Below, piece by piece: positions 37,860 to 52,760 of a stretch of 64,000 nt of DNA; the first letter of the stretch is position 1; each line of letters starts with the position of its first letter. The position numbers were made by a program, and so were the translations under genes. Under the pieces are notes generated by a model. It was not told where the DNA came from. It ran no database searches and was given only the letters and a program-made list of their open reading frames with translations. Origin of the DNA: Octopus vulgaris (taxonomy: Eukaryota); the NCBI GenBank assembly GCA_951406725.2, contig OX597831.1:71920001-71984000 (forward strand), read 5' to 3'.

Positions 37860-38398
37860 AGATCACCCCACCAACGTCGACATGCTAAGTTGCATGTGGA
37901 GAAAAGGACACCCGAAAAATCAGAACTGTGTTGTGTAGAAGCTGCTGTGAAGAAATTTACAAGGATCCTGAACTTTAAAAACATGGATGCTGAACTTCAA
38001 GAACCTAAAGTTTAGCTTCCCTGGTAGAGATACATCAGTTACATATATGTAAGAAAAATCCATCCGAAAGTTGTATACCTTGAAATTCCAAGGCAAAAGC
38101 AACAAAGATGAATCGTGGATGTTAGCGGTTGTAGAATGATAACAGACACAACTTCCTGAACGAAATGAAATTCACAGCATTGGCAAAAATAACAAAGTTG
38201 TAATAGAACTCTTATGCATCTACATAAGGAATATACACAAAGAATAACTACAATATACACATAGGTAATATCCAAACAAAGACCGAAAAGGAAATAGGTT
38301 CAAGTTTCACACAGTATAAAAACGATACAATAACAGATCAAATTTCAGACAGACTTCACAAAGAATTATACTTCAGCGACCCTAAAGACAGCCGCTCA
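37860..38398 (+). pseudogene. Highly decayed PLE linker/GIY-YIG fragment, interrupted by a Helitron
   Basis: IGSSFTQYK/KRYNNRSNFR-like remnant at ~38294-38350, recognised across frameshifts. Confidence 0.4.
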
Positions 38399-38793
38399 TC
38401 TTTATATATAAAAGTAAGGTTGTGTGCTGTCTGTCTCCTACGATTTAGATTCCTAACTACTCCCACATTTTGCGGTGCAGTTTAACCAAAACCGGGTATC
38501 TTATAGTCGTGATTCATATCGAGCCCTTCTGGGTATTAGCGCACGTCTACAATGAGTCTACGATTTTAAAAAAATTTACCATCAATTTTTCCCATTTTTA
38601 ATGCATTTTTGGCATATATAAGGGAAGTAACTCTCCAAAAATTTATTATTAAATCTCAGAACGTAAAAAAGCTACAGTAACATCCCCCTTTGTGGCTAGC
38701 CATATTGAGATGGCTATTATACTTTACATCTTTAAAAATGCTTATATAGTTATTTCCCTTACAAACCCGAGCAACGCCGGGCGATACTGCTAG
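38399..38793 (+). mobile_element. Complete non-autonomous Helitron (395 bp)
   Basis: A|TC 5' end, 3' CTAG|T, subterminal hairpin CCCG-AGCAACGC-CGGG (38766-38781), no TSD. Confidence 0.92.
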
Positions 38794-38933
38794 TTCAATA
38801 TAACACAAGAACGCCTCGCGAAAAAGTTTAGACTCTCCAGCTCTATGCAATAAAGAAGTGGGGCACAGTAAAAACGTGATCAGGCATGTGGAGTGTCCTG
38901 GTTAATACAAGTTGGAAGATTAAACTTTTCTAA

Positions 38934-39420
<487 letters not shown>

Positions 39421-39670
39421 GTAAATATATAATAGAGATTGTTGTATGTTTTATTTATCCCCACTTAAACGTGGATGTTCTATTAGAACAAACTTTATTG
39501 CGAGGGTAACCACGAGAGAAACGTTTTGTTGTAAAATGCACTTTTGTTTATATCGCTAGCAGGGAGATAAACCCCAACCACCTCCAGCACCGAGACCATC
39601 AGCTCACGTGTTTTCCACCTTGTTTTTTTTATTCTTTTACTTGTTTTTAGTCATTTGACTGCGGCCATGC

Positions 39671-39702
<32 letters not shown>

Positions 39703-39975
39703 CTTCTTCTTCTTCTTCTTCTTTTCTTCTTCTTCGTCTTCTTCTTCTTCTTCTTCTTCTTCTTCTTCTTCTTCTTCTTCTTCTTCTTCTTCTTCTTCTT
39801 CTTCTTCTTCTTCTTCTTCTTCTTCTTCCTCCTCCTCTTCTTCTTCTTCTGCTTTATACTTCTTTTTCTCATTATTATTACTATTATTATTAATATTATT
39901 ATTAATATTATTATTATTATTATCATTATTATCATTTTTATTATTATTATTTTTATTATTATTATTATTATTATT

Positions 39976-40071
<96 letters not shown>

Positions 40072-40127
40072 GTTGTTGTTGTTATTATTATTATTATTAT
40101 CATCATTATTATCATTATTATTATTAC
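39671..40127. repeat. Compound (TTC)n(ATT)n(ATC)n(GTT)n microsatellite
   Basis: Direct reading. Confidence 0.95.
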
Positions 40128-41035
40128 TCCAGTGTTTCCTTAACGGTGAGCGAGTGTGGTCGCCGTTTGTTCGGCAGGATTTTCCGCAGCTTGTCTCATT
40201 GACGACGCTGCAGTCCTGGATCAAGCGTAGACCAAGAAATGGTGCTTGTCACCTAGAGTGGCAAGCGCTCGCATCTTTCTGCCAGTCGGACAACGCGGTC
40301 GGTGGAAGTTCCACTATAGAAGTCTATAGTGGATTAGTGGCAGGCGAGAGTGACGACGTCCTCGGGGAAACTCTAGGCGTCGGGAAAGATCAATTAATTA
40401 GTCTTTTCCGGAGGACTTTTGGGCCGGAGCCTATGAATAACTTCCAGAAATCTCTGGCCTTGCTCTGGAGAGCTCTTTCGGTTCGAGACGAGTTCTATAG
40501 ACACGGAAGTGCTGTTAGACGGAGATGTGCGCAGAGCGACGAAACCGTCCTACATGCACTAGTCCAGTGTCCGCACATCACTGACTTGTGGAACTTTGTT
40601 GTTGCGTGTAGGACGGATCTGGTTATCAGCCGAGTCCATCGTGAAGATCGCCCCGCCACCTTCCTTTGACCGAGAAGGAAAGGTAGCTTTCCTCTGTTTG
40701 GTGACTATGGCGAAGGAGGTAATGTAGTGGACGGGATTAAAAGGACTGAAAACAGGCACTTTTCTCTTCGATCAAGCCCTTATCGACGTTTTCAAGTTCA
40801 ACTTGAAAAGGAAAGTGAGTAGAGAGAAATTCTGCCCCCCCCCCCCACCTTTAGATTGTGTGGGGTTCCTCGGTGGGCCCTGTGAGGAACTCCCCCCTTT
40901 TGGGGAATTTTTATTGTTTAACTGCTTTGTTAATTGTTTTTTGTTACATATTGTATACATAGCATTGATCAACACCCCACTTGTCCCTTGAATTGTATTA
41001 CCCCTATTTGTTTTGTATTCAGCCAATAAAAGAAA
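40128..41035 (+). mobile_element. L1/Tx1-like LINE 3' end (zf-RVT) with 3' UTR and poly(A) signal
   Basis: NNFQKSLA...ALSVRD...RCAQSDETVLHALVQCPHITDLW; AATAAA at ~41026. Confidence 0.75.
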
Positions 41036-41235
41036 CTTCAAAAACTCTCTGGCTTGACAATGCTTCCGGGGAGCTTTTCCTGTTCGATATAATCTATATG
41101 GGCACGGAAGTGCCGTCAGCCGAGCATGTGTGAGATGCGCGGAGGACGATGAGACGGTCCTCCATGCACTCGTCCAGTGCCCGAGCATTGCTGACTTGTG
41201 GGTTTATGTCGAACACCTGCTGTCGTGTGTAGCAA
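41036..41235 (+). mobile_element. Second fragment of the same L1/Tx1-like zinc-finger region
   Basis: CVRCAEDDETVLHALVQCPSIADLW; DNA matches 40440-40610. Confidence 0.75.
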
Positions 41236-41360
41236 GGACTGACAAAAAAGGCACCTGTCCCACAAAAGTCAGGGTACACATTGTTTTATGAGGGGTTTTT
41301 TTCAAGAGCAACCCTTGAATGTCTCTTCTATTGAGGATTACACATTGTTCAATTTTATAT

Positions 41361-41508
41361 ATAACTTAGCGGTTCGGCAAAAGAGACTGATAGAATAAGT
41401 ACTAGGCTTACAAAGAATAAGTCCTGGGGTCGATTTGTTCGACTAATGGTGGTGCTCCAGCATGGCCACAGTCAAATGACTGAAACAAGTAGAAGAGTAG
41501 AAGAGTAC
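41361..41508 (+). mobile_element. SINE family 1 tail
   Basis: taacttagcggttcggcaaaagaga...gactgaaacaagta. Confidence 0.9.
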
Positions 41509-41660
41509 AAGAAGAGTATATATATAATTTTGTTTGTCTACACGCAAGACCCTCACAAGAACACGATCTCACACACATACACATACACACATTCTTTGTT
41601 TTTGTCCTCTACCGTCCTTATTTTTCTTAATGTAAACCCTTGGCGGTTAATAAAGAAAGA

Positions 41661-41734
<74 letters not shown>

Positions 41735-42019
41735 GCCTACAGCTGCCGTCAGTCATGGGTCTCCACAGCCTTCCCTTTCCCCACTCACGACTTAGCGCTT
41801 TGACGTTGTTTCTTGTAGTCAGTAGGGTAAGACCAACGGGTGTCTTCCTCTATCTGTCTATTTCTTCTACACCTTCCTTCCTGCTTTATTGAGCCACACT
41901 GAAATTGTGATGAACAATTTATGTATTGAACGTTAATAAGAATTGCGATCTCCCCTTTCATTTAAATTGCTGTTTTAATCATCTTCATCATTAATAGATA
42001 GAGCAAAGGTTTAAAGGTG

Positions 42020-42100
42020 GAAGCTCTCACCGCGAAAACTGCCTGGGAAAATGATAAAGATACCATATTTTATGACATGCCTGTAAATACAGATAAAGAA
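42020..42100 (+). pseudogene. Small RLE-LINE relic
   Basis: PRKLPG/WENDKDTIFYDMPVNTDKE resembles ENEKATILWDMPIHTDRE at ~21850. Confidence 0.5.
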
Positions 42101-42491
42101 AATATAAGGAAACCGCTCAAATATCATTAGAACGGAGAATGATGATGGCAGGATATAGGAAGCAAAATACGGTGATGATGATGGAGAATAAGAAAAATAA
42201 CAACAAATAAAGAGAAGAAAGAGGAACCAATTGCACTGATAGAAATTTTAATCTTTCCACGCCAAAAAACATTGCTGCCAGTGAGATTTTGAAGTTATCT
42301 ATAGACACAAAACAGGTAAAGAGAAAAAAAGTGTAAAGAAAAATAATAGAGGACCTTGAGATATAAATGAACAAGATGTCGGTGATGAAAACACGAACAG
42401 ACCTAATTATATATGGTGCACTGGGTTTCATGTAACAAAACATGAATAGAAATTATAGAATAAGTAAATACATAAATAAATGGATAAATAA

Positions 42492-42539
<48 letters not shown>

Positions 42540-42690
42540 GTGTGTGTGCGTGTGTGTGTGTGTGTGTACACGAACACATAACTAGGTCTAGTACAATTGG
42601 CTTCAGTGCTCGCACACCCACACACATACAGGCATACAGACACCGTTACTTTTTAATACTATTGCTGTTGTTACAATAACTAATTCTACC

Positions 42691-42724
<34 letters not shown>

Positions 42725-42750
42725 ATATTACTACTACTACTACTACTTCA

Positions 42751-42794
<44 letters not shown>

Positions 42795-42819
42795 AGGGTT
42801 TAATAATAAATATGATGAT

Positions 42820-43205
42820 TAAATCGCACCCAGGCCAACTTTGCCTTTTCATCCTTTCGAAGTCGACAAAATAAGTACCAGTTGAGTACTGGGGTCGGTT
42901 TACTCGACTTACTCCATCCCTGAAATTTCTGGCCTTGTGCCAAGATTTGAAACCAATAAATATGAAGTATGAGGACTTTTAACATAGGCACAAGGCCGAG
43001 TATTTTTGACGAGAGGCAAGCGTCGATTACGTATGGATCTCCGGTACATAAATGCTACTTTGTCCTCGGAAGGATAAGAGGTGAGGTTGATCTGGTTGGG
43101 ACTGAACGTAAATAAATATCACGAAATACTCTGCTCGATGCTCTCGTCATTCTGCTAATCCACCAATTTACTAACCATAACAGCAGCAGCAACAGCAGCA
43201 ATAGC

Positions 43206-43266
<61 letters not shown>

Positions 43267-43455
43267 GTAATAATAATAATGATGATGAAGATGATGATGA
43301 TGATGATCCTTTCTACTGGAAGCACAAGGCCTCAAATTTGTGGGGAGGGGACAAGTCGATTATATCGACCCCAGTGTTTCAATAGTACTTAATTTATCGA
43401 CCCCCGAAAGGATAAAAGGCAAAATCGACCACAGCAGAATTTGAACTCACAACGT
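42820..43455. mobile_element. Cluster of SINE family 2 copies (42820-42960 +, 42985-43165 -, 43305-43455 -)
   Basis: Core tcatcctttcg...gtcga...aagtaccag...ctggggtcg in both orientations. Confidence 0.75.
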
Positions 43456-43974
43456 AATAATAATAATAATAATGATGATGATGATGATGATAATAGTGAT
43501 AATAAAAATGATAATAGAAAATCATTATGGACAGCACAGAACAAAACAAAAACTTGTGTGTGTGTGTGTGTGTGTGTAGTTGTGAGGATTTTGCGTGTAA
43601 ACAAGACTAACAAAATTATGAAGAAAAAAAAAAGAAATCAACAATGTTTAATCCTCAATAGGGAGAAGACGTTCGAGGGCGGCTCATGGACAAATTCCAT
43701 AAAAGCAATAGGTGCCCTGACTTTTAGGGCAGGTGCCTTTTTTTCGTTTTCTTTCCTTTTCCAACTAAAGGTATATGGTTGGGACGGGCCCGTTCACTCG
43801 TACTATTCTCGCCACTTTCATCCGCCTTTCAGCAAACTCACTAAAAGACAACACTTCCCTCTCTCCCCTTATTTTCCTTTTCAAGTGAAACTTTGAAGAA
43901 GTTCATCAGGAATTGGCCAAAGAGAAAAGTGTTTGTCTTCATCCCCTTCTATCTCGTCCACCACACAACATCTT

Positions 43975-44210
43975 AATCCTTTCTACTGAAGCCACAAGGC
44001 CTTGAAATTTGGGGGGAGGGGACTAGTCAATTACATCGACCCCAGTGTTTCACTGGTACTTAATTTATCGACCTTGAAAAAATAATAAATAGTTCCAAAT
44101 TTTGGCACAGCACCAGCACAATTTTTGAAGGGAGGGGGACAAGTCGATTACATCTACCCTGGTACTTGACGGGTACAATAGGACCCCAAAAGGATGAACA
44201 GCAAAGTCTA
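43975..44210 (-). mobile_element. Two SINE family 2 tail fragments
   Basis: atcctttctactg...cacaaggcc...tcgaccccagtgtttcactggtactt matches 43305-43400. Confidence 0.75.
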
Positions 44211-44869
44211 TTTGTTTAAGACACTTCTCAATCTGGCTTTGTGTTGTTTGCTTCATTTTTCCGAACTTCAGTCTTATACATCTATACATAATCCTTTTTT
44301 CTGTGGGAACCTTTTATATTTGTGGTGGTATGCTTAAAGATACTGTTCTTCAATCTGGGTTAGTAAAAATCTTTTGCCACTTTTCAAATTCTGCGGCGAT
44401 AAAGAAATTGATTCTCACATTCGAACTGCGTAAGCGAAACCATTAATTGCAGTGTTGGTGTTATTAATGATGTTAGTGTTAAGACTAGTGGCCTACCGAC
44501 ACGGCTCTACGGTGTTCCATGTGCGAACTTCCTTTCAACAACTTCGACCGGGAGTGGTTTGAGAGCCAGAACGTAGAGAGAATGAGGGAGGACAACCTTG
44601 ACGGAGCGTGCGCATTCCAAGAGGTCCTCATTTACTTTGAATATCGAGCAAATCCTGTTGTTTATTGCAGCGACATACCCTCTAAAGACGAGCCGAAGCT
44701 GGTTGTCTTGTATCTGGTTAGGTTAACAACAAAATGTATAACAAAAATGTTCAAATATCTCTAAATAGACAAGTAACGGACTTACGGGCAGCTTTCGAGT
44801 ACTTGTTGTTAGTACAGAGATGCTGCTGCTACTACTGCAGCAGCTGAGCTGTTGCTGTTGCTGTTGAGC

Positions 44870-45233
44870 GAACGGCCTTCGTCCCAGAGCTCGCAAGATG
44901 GGAGAAGTCCGAAACGTGGTCCTTTGCTATTCGTAAGACCAGCAGAAGAGAAAGCAGGTCAACCCCCGACACCGAGAGCATCAACGGATGGATGAATGCG
45001 CATCCAGGCTCAGCGGTGGCGTAGGAAGTCGGGGACAAGAAACAGGAAGAGAGAGGGAAAGAAAGTTGGGGCGAAAGAGTACAACAGGGTTCGCTACCAC
45101 CCCCTGCCGGTGCCTCGTGAAGCTTTAGGTGTTTTCGCTCAATAAACACTCACAACGCCCGGTCTGGGAATCGAAAGCGCGATCCTCCGCCCGTGAGTCC
45201 GATGCCCTAACCACTGGGCCATTACGACTCCAC
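44870..45233 (-). mobile_element. SINE family 3 with an alternative tail
   Basis: Minus strand GTGGAGTCGTAATGGCCCAGTGGTTAGGGCA...TTCGATTCCCAGACCGGGCG; head and body shared with 7385-7568 and 48515-48700. Confidence 0.85.
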
Positions 45234-46014
45234 TTGCAGCTGCTGATGATTATGTGTTTCTAACCGTGGCCATCTCGCCATTTTAAGAGTATGTGTAGGA
45301 CTACATTATCCATTGTTTATTTATTTTTTTCATTTTATTTAAGTTGATAAGGAGCAAGATGGAGATTTGGTTGCTATTTCTAGCAAGCCGAAAACCCCCG
45401 AATTTTCCCATTGGCTTATTTGAGCAGTGCAGTGTAGCATGTTGGTCAAAGTGTTAACAAGACAGGTATCACTTTGGAATTTTTCCAACCTGATACCGTT
45501 ACACCTCCTCATTGCATATCCCTCTCATGTGTAGCTGTATTAAATGGTTTCTCATTTCCTCGTGACATGCTTGATGTATCTGTTTATTATGAGAGCCACC
45601 TTACAAATTGCAGTTAATATTTAGAGAATTCACATTATGTAAGGCTTTCTGATCAATCTCTGTCATACATAAATCGCTTCTTCATCTGCAATGGTAATTG
45701 TTGGCTTTTTTTTAACATCATTTCTTTCTCATCTGAAATAATGAAAATTTTTCTGTGAATCCTTTTATTTCGTGTAATGATCGAGGCAGAGGCTTTTCCT
45801 TTTACTGCTGAGAGCAAGTTATTATGCAGTAACACATTCGAAGGTTGAATGATTTTTCATAATGAGAAATTGTATTTGTTTCTCTGTTTATGGCTGCTGC
45901 TGTTGTTATTGTTGCCGTTGTTTAGCTCCAAGTAGACTCTGACCAAGCAACTCTATGACATAAGATATTACAGCTGCGATTATCATATACACTTCTTTTT
46001 AAAGAATACGTTGT

Positions 46015-46363
46015 TCGAGTTCAGTCCCACTGCGTGGAACCTTGGGCAGTCCCGGGCCGACCAATGCTTTGTGGGTAGATTTCATTGGCAGCAACCGAAA
46101 GAAGCCCGTTGTATATATGTATATATGAATATATCTCTGTATGTGTATCTTTGTTTTACCCCTACCACCGCTTGACAATCGGTGCTGGTTTGTTTTCGTT
46201 TGCATAACTTAGCGGTTCAGCAACAAGCGACCAATAGAATAAGGACCAGACTTTAAAAATGTAAGTACTGGGGTCGATTTGTTAAACTAAACCCTTCAAA
46301 GTAGTGCCCTAGCATGGCCGCAGTCCACTGACTGAAACAAGCAACAGTTAAACGATAAAAGAT
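46015..46363 (+). mobile_element. SINE family 1, 5'-truncated older copy
   Basis: gttcagtcccactgcgtggaaccttgggca...gactgaaacaagc. Confidence 0.85.
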
Positions 46364-46544
46364 AGATGATAAATAATGTAACTAGAACTAGATTTCCCAC
46401 TCTATCCTTCCTTTCTTTTTAAAGATGACAACGTGAGTCTTGAGGAAGGCAGATTTGGCTATTGCAACGTCAGCTCTTGAATTCCACAGAGGTTAGTGAC
46501 GAGCAAAGGCGATTTTGTTCTTGGGTGATAAGTTACTCTAGGCG

Positions 46545-46885
46545 TTGCAAAGAATCTGCAGTTCCCAGAGTACTTTTAATCTGATGACCACACTGTGTAA
46601 CACGATTTTTGTCCGTGAGCAGAATCTGTTATTTCCTATTTGCTTACCCATAGAAAGCAGGAAAAATGGCTACTATTTCCTTCAAACTTTGCCTTTGTTA
46701 CGATATTTATTAAAAACCCCAAAGAATCCCTTTCAACACATGGCTATGATACCACCACCTCCAACTACTTCTGTTCCTGATCAGAGATGCACATATTGCC
46801 AGCCACTAAGGAATATGCTCAAGTGGTTAAGGTCAAGCAACTGACAACTAAATTTGTGGTGTTGAGCAGAATATTTGCTATAACG
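46545..46885. mobile_element. Family 4 repeat, inverted relative to 14693-15205
   Basis: Shared ~165-bp domain at 46715-46882. Confidence 0.65.
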
Positions 46886-47774
46886 ATATTTCTGCTTCAG
46901 CAAACTCAGTGCTGAATCTGAAATGTAATGGAAAATAGGTCAGTCTCAAAACATTGGTGTCCAGGTCACAAAAGTCTGAAGAAAATAGTAGTCATTTCCT
47001 TTGATTTCTGGGTAGAAGTAAGTAGCAAATAACACTGATCAAAGACAAAAAACAAAAAGTAATGAATGAAAATTTTGTTACACAGTGCTATGGACAACAA
47101 TAAATCATTGACTTAGTATTACTATCAATAAGCATTATTGGTCCGTGGTCAATTCTGGAGCCACGGATGTGCAGCCAACCGAAACTTCCATGGCTGTGGA
47201 GTTTATTTCAAACCAACATAAGCTAAAAGCGTCGAATCTTTTCTTCATGCACTCTTTCAATGCGCGAAGATTGTTGATCTGAACAACTTTTGCTATGAGT
47301 AGGACAGTTTCGGCTTTCAGCCGAATTCATTAGGGTCAACCTGCTAGCTTTCTCTCGTTTTTGGTGTCAGGGCAAAAAAAAAAAAAAAGGGAGCGTGATG
47401 GAAAAGAATTAAAGGACTGAGAACAGAACATTTCTTCTTTAACCTAGCATTTACCGACTTTATGGAATACCACATGAAAAGGAGGTTGGGAGTGGAAAAG
47501 AAATTGCTTCTCTCGAGTAAAATTTCTGAAAGCTGAAGGAATGTAAAGAACATGATTTGTGCCAATGGCTCTATTCTCGGCATACAATTTCCTGTCGGCT
47601 GGATACCACAACTGGAGTGGGCCTTTGGTAATTAATTAACTCAAGATATATTGGATTCTCTGATTGGTTTTAGTCTCACTTCAATAAATGAGGTTTCCGT
47701 TTTGCTTTTTGTTTTATTTTAAGCCTGATTTTCATTTTCTGCAATTCATTTTAGCAAAGTTTCCTCATTCTTTG

Positions 47775-47962
47775 CCCATATTAGGACACAGGACAAACTG
47801 TTTAGCCGCATTTCTTCAGGCTTAACGTTCTGCGTTCAAATTCTTACAAGGTCAGCTTTACCTTTCATCCTTTCGAGGTCGATGAAATAGGTAGTAGTAA
47901 AGTACTGGGGCCAATACAATCCCCCAAATTTCAGGTCATGTGCCTACAGTAGAAAGGATTAT
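47775..47962 (+). mobile_element. SINE family 2 followed by a (TTC)n/(TCC)n tract
   Basis: acgttctgcgttcaaatt...cctttcatcctttcgaggtcgat. Confidence 0.75.
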
Positions 47963-48504
47963 TATCATTGTTGTTGTTGTTGCCTTCTTCTTCTTCTTCT
48001 TCTTCTTCTTCTTCTTCTTCTTCTTCTTCTTCTTCTTCTTCTTCTTCTTCTTCTCCTCCTCCTCCTCCTCCTCCTCCTCTCCTCCTCCTCCTCCTCCTCC
48101 TCCTCTTCTTCTTCTTCTTCTTCTTCTTCTACTCCTCCTCCTTCTTCTTCTTCTTCTTCTTCTTCTTCTTCTTCTTCTTCTTCTTCTTCTTCTTCTTCTT
48201 CTTCTTCTTCTTCTTCTTCTTCCAATCAGGACTCACGCCATTAGCCACAAATAATAATCTCTAATTCGAGCCTACTCTAAGCTACTAAGAATGCGTGTGG
48301 CAACTTGAAGATCCACCCACCACACGCGATAGACTGGCGGTTGCACGGGCGCGAAAGCTACGTTGCTATCCTCATTCCGCAAACGGTGGCTTTTAACGGG
48401 TGGAGAGCTGAACCATCCTGGGGTACAGAGGAATCGCAATCTAGACAAGGGTCTGAAAGTTTACAACACCATAGTGGGTTACACCATGTTTCCTCTGCTT
48501 TATA

Positions 48505-48700
48505 GCAGAAGTAGGAAGAAAGAGAGAAAGTTGTGGTGAAAGGGTACAGCGGGGTTCACCACCCCCACCCCCCGCCGGAGCCTCGTGGAGCTAAGGTGTT
48601 TTTGCTCAATAAACACTCACAATGCCCGGTCTGAGGATCGAAACCGCGTTCTTACGACCGCTAGTCAGCTGCCCTAACCACTGGGCTATTGCGCCTCCAC
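48505..48700 (-). mobile_element. SINE family 3 head/body
   Basis: Minus strand GTGGAGGCGCAATAGCCCAGTGGTTAGGGCAGCTGAC...GGTTTCGATCC. Confidence 0.85.
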
Positions 48701-48719
48701 TGTTGTTGTTGTTGTTGCC

Positions 48720-48949
48720 GTTGGATCTGGCACAGAACCGTTAGTACGTCGGACAAAACGGGCGAAATTTCTTCCTAATTTATGTTCTGTGTTCAAATTC
48801 TGCCAATGTCAAGTTTGTCTGCCATCCTTTCAAAATTGGTAAAAGTACAAGCTGAACACTGATCGATAGAATTGAGAAGGTTTTCCTCGAAATTTCAGGT
48901 CTTGAGAAACAATTATTATTGTTGTCGATGTTGTTGTTATTGTTGTTAC

Positions 48950-49015
<66 letters not shown>

Positions 49016-49292
49016 CGGCGTTGTTGTTGTTGTTGTTGCTGTTACTATCATTATTATTCAACTAATCCTCCTACCTCGAAATTGCTGCTTTTTTTGTCTA
49101 AATCAGAAATAGTCATTATGGAGACGTAGCTGGCAGGATCGTTAGCGCGTTTCTAAGTTCAAATCTCGCCAAAGTCAATTCCGCTTTACACCTCTTCGTC
49201 GATAAAATAAATACCAGTTTAACACTAGGGTTCAATGTGATACGCTAAAGCCTTCCTTCTAAAACTACTGGATTTGAGGCAAAATTTGAAAC
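48720..49292 (+). mobile_element. Two decayed SINE family 2 copies separated by (GTT)n
   Basis: ctggcacagaaccgttag (~48728) and ctggcaggatcgttagc (~49130) heads with core remnants. Confidence 0.65.
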
Positions 49293-49371
<79 letters not shown>

Positions 49372-50093
49372 TCAGTTAATGTTATTTCAGTGTTACAAAA
49401 GTTCTGCCGACTTCCATGAAGAAGGCGCAACAAACTTCGTGTGAATGCAAACAGAAATGCTATGAAACACGATATAGTCTTAATCAAGATCGTTAATAAC
49501 CTTGTAATTTGTTTTAACAAGGGCCCCATCGAAGTTGCCAGTTTTCTATAACAACAACAACAACAGCAACAGAAAGTGTTCTACGAACAATCATTTCAGT
49601 CATTTAAAATTTCAGCATTGCGATTGGCTGTTCGTGTGTCTTACCTGAAGTTCCCAAAAGTCGGCCGCTTAAATCATTAAAGTAAACAGCCCTTATGTTG
49701 CCTGCTGGGTTACAAGACCAGTAATGCCTTAGCTGTTTCTTCAAAAACATCTGTGAGTGCATTATTACTGCAGGAATCTTCTCGAGAACTTACCATTCTT
49801 GTTGGTAAGTCACTTAAAAGTAGGGAATGTTACTAGATACAAAGGGCAGAGGGAGGGCACAGACGCGAGCGGTTTACTGATTCAAGTTTCATCTAATCGG
49901 CAGCTGTTTATGTTGCATTAACCGACGCCCACCCAATAAACATTACTTGGATGCCTAATTGATGATATAGTGTACGACGTTGAATACTATAGAGTAGAAG
50001 TGAGGTCTGGACAAGCAGAATCAGTGGCTCAGTTTCAATTCCCGAATGTAACGCTTCCATTTCAATTGTCGTTAATGTCCCCAAGAGGGCATG

Positions 50094-50099
50094 GTAGAT

Positions 50100-50169
<70 letters not shown>

Positions 50170-50189
50170 TCAGACAGACACAGACAGAC

Positions 50190-50248
<59 letters not shown>

Positions 50249-50320
50249 CAGACAGACACAGACAGACAGACAGACAGATAGATAGATAGATCGATAGATA
50301 GATAGATAGATAGATAGATC

Positions 50321-50386
<66 letters not shown>

Positions 50387-50387
50387 C

Positions 50388-50456
<69 letters not shown>
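50094..50456. repeat. (GATA)n/(GACA)n microsatellite
   Basis: Direct reading; similar tracts at 25318-25400 and 53380-53815. Confidence 0.95.
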
Positions 50457-50981
50457 TTCAAGTGTAGGTTTGCATCAGTCATCTCTGAAGGTCTGAAATT
50501 CAAAGCGATGGATCAGAGATAGAGAGAAAACTATTCCTATCCAGCCAAATTCAACTGACTAAACACTTCCTTTGACACTCTGCATAATCATATCTGAAAT
50601 ATTCTACAATATTCTGGAATAAAATGCAATAGATTAAATTTATTAAAAGTATCAGGTGCAATAGGAAGAGCTACGCAAGAACTACGTCATGCACAGAAAC
50701 ATCATGAAGAAGAAGCAAGTGAGCGAATATGAAGAACAGTCTAAATTTAATGGGCTTCAATGTAACCACATGGGACAGGGGTCAAACTAGTAAAATTTAA
50801 AAGAACTCTATTACAACTAATTTATGTATTCAAATTTGAACCTCACAAATAAGAGTAGAGAATGCAACGGTAGACTGAGCAGCGGTTTTCCGTAGCTACT
50901 AAAACGCATTTTACGACCTATTCCTACCTGATGTACACACACACGTGCGCGCGCGTATGTGCGAGTGTGTTTATATATATA

Positions 50982-52068
50982 CTAGCAGTATCGCCCGGCG
51001 TTGCTCGGGTTTGTTTCGACCCGCTGGAATTGTAATTTTGAAAAGTAAAAATTTTGTGAACATTTTTCTGGTCGAAATACACCGAAAAGTGGCGACACAG
51101 CAGTGAAAAAATCGTAAAAAATAGGGATTTACATAGAAAAAAGCATCTTTTTGATGTAAATAATCTTTGGTGTTAACATGGTCCGATTTGAATTTTATGT
51201 TCTACGGAAGGAAGAGCAACCCTTCTTCTACCATACTCTCAATTTTGGTCAACTTGCGCCGCAGGGTCTCGGAGGAGATAGTGTTAGTTGAAGGTTACCA
51301 TTCTAGGTGCCTGAGTAACAACCTCGCGGATTTACAGATAAATGAATTAATTACTATTTTACAGAATAAAATTAAATAATTCTTGAAAATTAATTAATAT
51401 TAATATTTTTTGAACAAAGTAAATAATTTTTAAAACTTAAATAATAATTTTTTTTACACAAACGCGAACGGGGAAAAGGGGGTAGCGAATTCGATTTACA
51501 TACCTAAATTTTTTCTTTTTCATGACATTGTAGCAAAATAGTAGTGAATTATATAAATACCAGCAGTACATTTTTTTTTCTGGGGTATTTTTTTTCAACC
51601 TCGTCACATATTTGCCCCTTTCAATTTAAACAAAGTCTTAATTAAGCAATTACGGCAGCTTAGCAATGGTTTCAATACAGGCGTGACATCTGTATCTCAA
51701 TTGTTCAAAACCCTTCGAATTTTTTCGCACGTGATGATATCATAGTGAAAACTTTCAATTACGCGCGCTTAGAAGTACGCTCGCAAATTAATACTACCAA
51801 AATTTTGAAGTTCGCGCTCCGCTTGTGTGTGTGTGTGTGCGTGCTTTAGGTGTACGTAGGTATGTGTTTTTGTGTGTGTGTGTCACTGAAGCCATACATA
51901 CATATATACATACATAACCTCTCTCTCTCTTTTCTCTCTCAGTCACTCACTACAAAAAGTGAATAAAAAAAGTTCAGTTATTTCTGTCTTTCACTCTGTC
52001 TGTCTCTTTACACACACTAACAAAAGCACTTCACTTACACACCACACTTTCTGTGTCGCACAACCCAT

Positions 52069-52111
<43 letters not shown>

Positions 52112-52658
52112 GCACGCACACATGTACATCAATGCTTTCGGAGTGAAATGTTAAAATATTGAGTTTTCTCGAATTTTGTCTTAATTGGGGGTGAAATTGA
52201 AAGAAATATATTATGGCATGACCGAATGGAGTACTTTAAAAAATCTTAGGTAAACTCTAATTGAAGAAATTGTGTGAGGAGTAAATCGTTATGTATTTAT
52301 TTGTTTCTGTTTGCTGTGTTTTTTTATTTTTTGAGTAGTGGTTTAAATACTTTCAGTTTAGTCTTCCTCAAATCACTCTGTCGCTATTTACTTTCATTTT
52401 ATTCGTTGTACACTCTGTGTGTGCGTGTGCGTGTGGTGTAAACCACATTAAGAAAAGCATTTGACATACACACCAGAATGTGAGTTTTCTGTAAATTTTG
52501 CTTAATTGGAGTTTAAATTTTAAAAACTGGACCTGGCATGACCCGATGCATTCTACTCTTAAAAATGCTAGGTAAATTGTAATTGAAGAAATCCTATATT
52601 GTAGATTTCTATAAGTTACAAAGGGAGGCAGATAAAATCTGCCTTTTATAATAAGAGA
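50982..52658 (-). mobile_element. Non-autonomous Helitron (~1.68 kb)
   Basis: 3' end revcomp ...ACAAACCCGAGCAACGCCGGGCGATACTGCTAG|T identical to 38761-38794; 5' end A|TCTCTTATTATAAAAGG at 52658; internal diverged duplication ~52140-52270/52478-52590. Confidence 0.85.

Positions 52659-52760
<102 letters not shown>

Noticed and set aside
44905-44955. CCGAAAC-GTG-GTC...CAGAAGA as a type II HHR
   Set aside because: Core U4 is absent, helix I is only 2 bp, and a competing GGTC/GACC hairpin forms.
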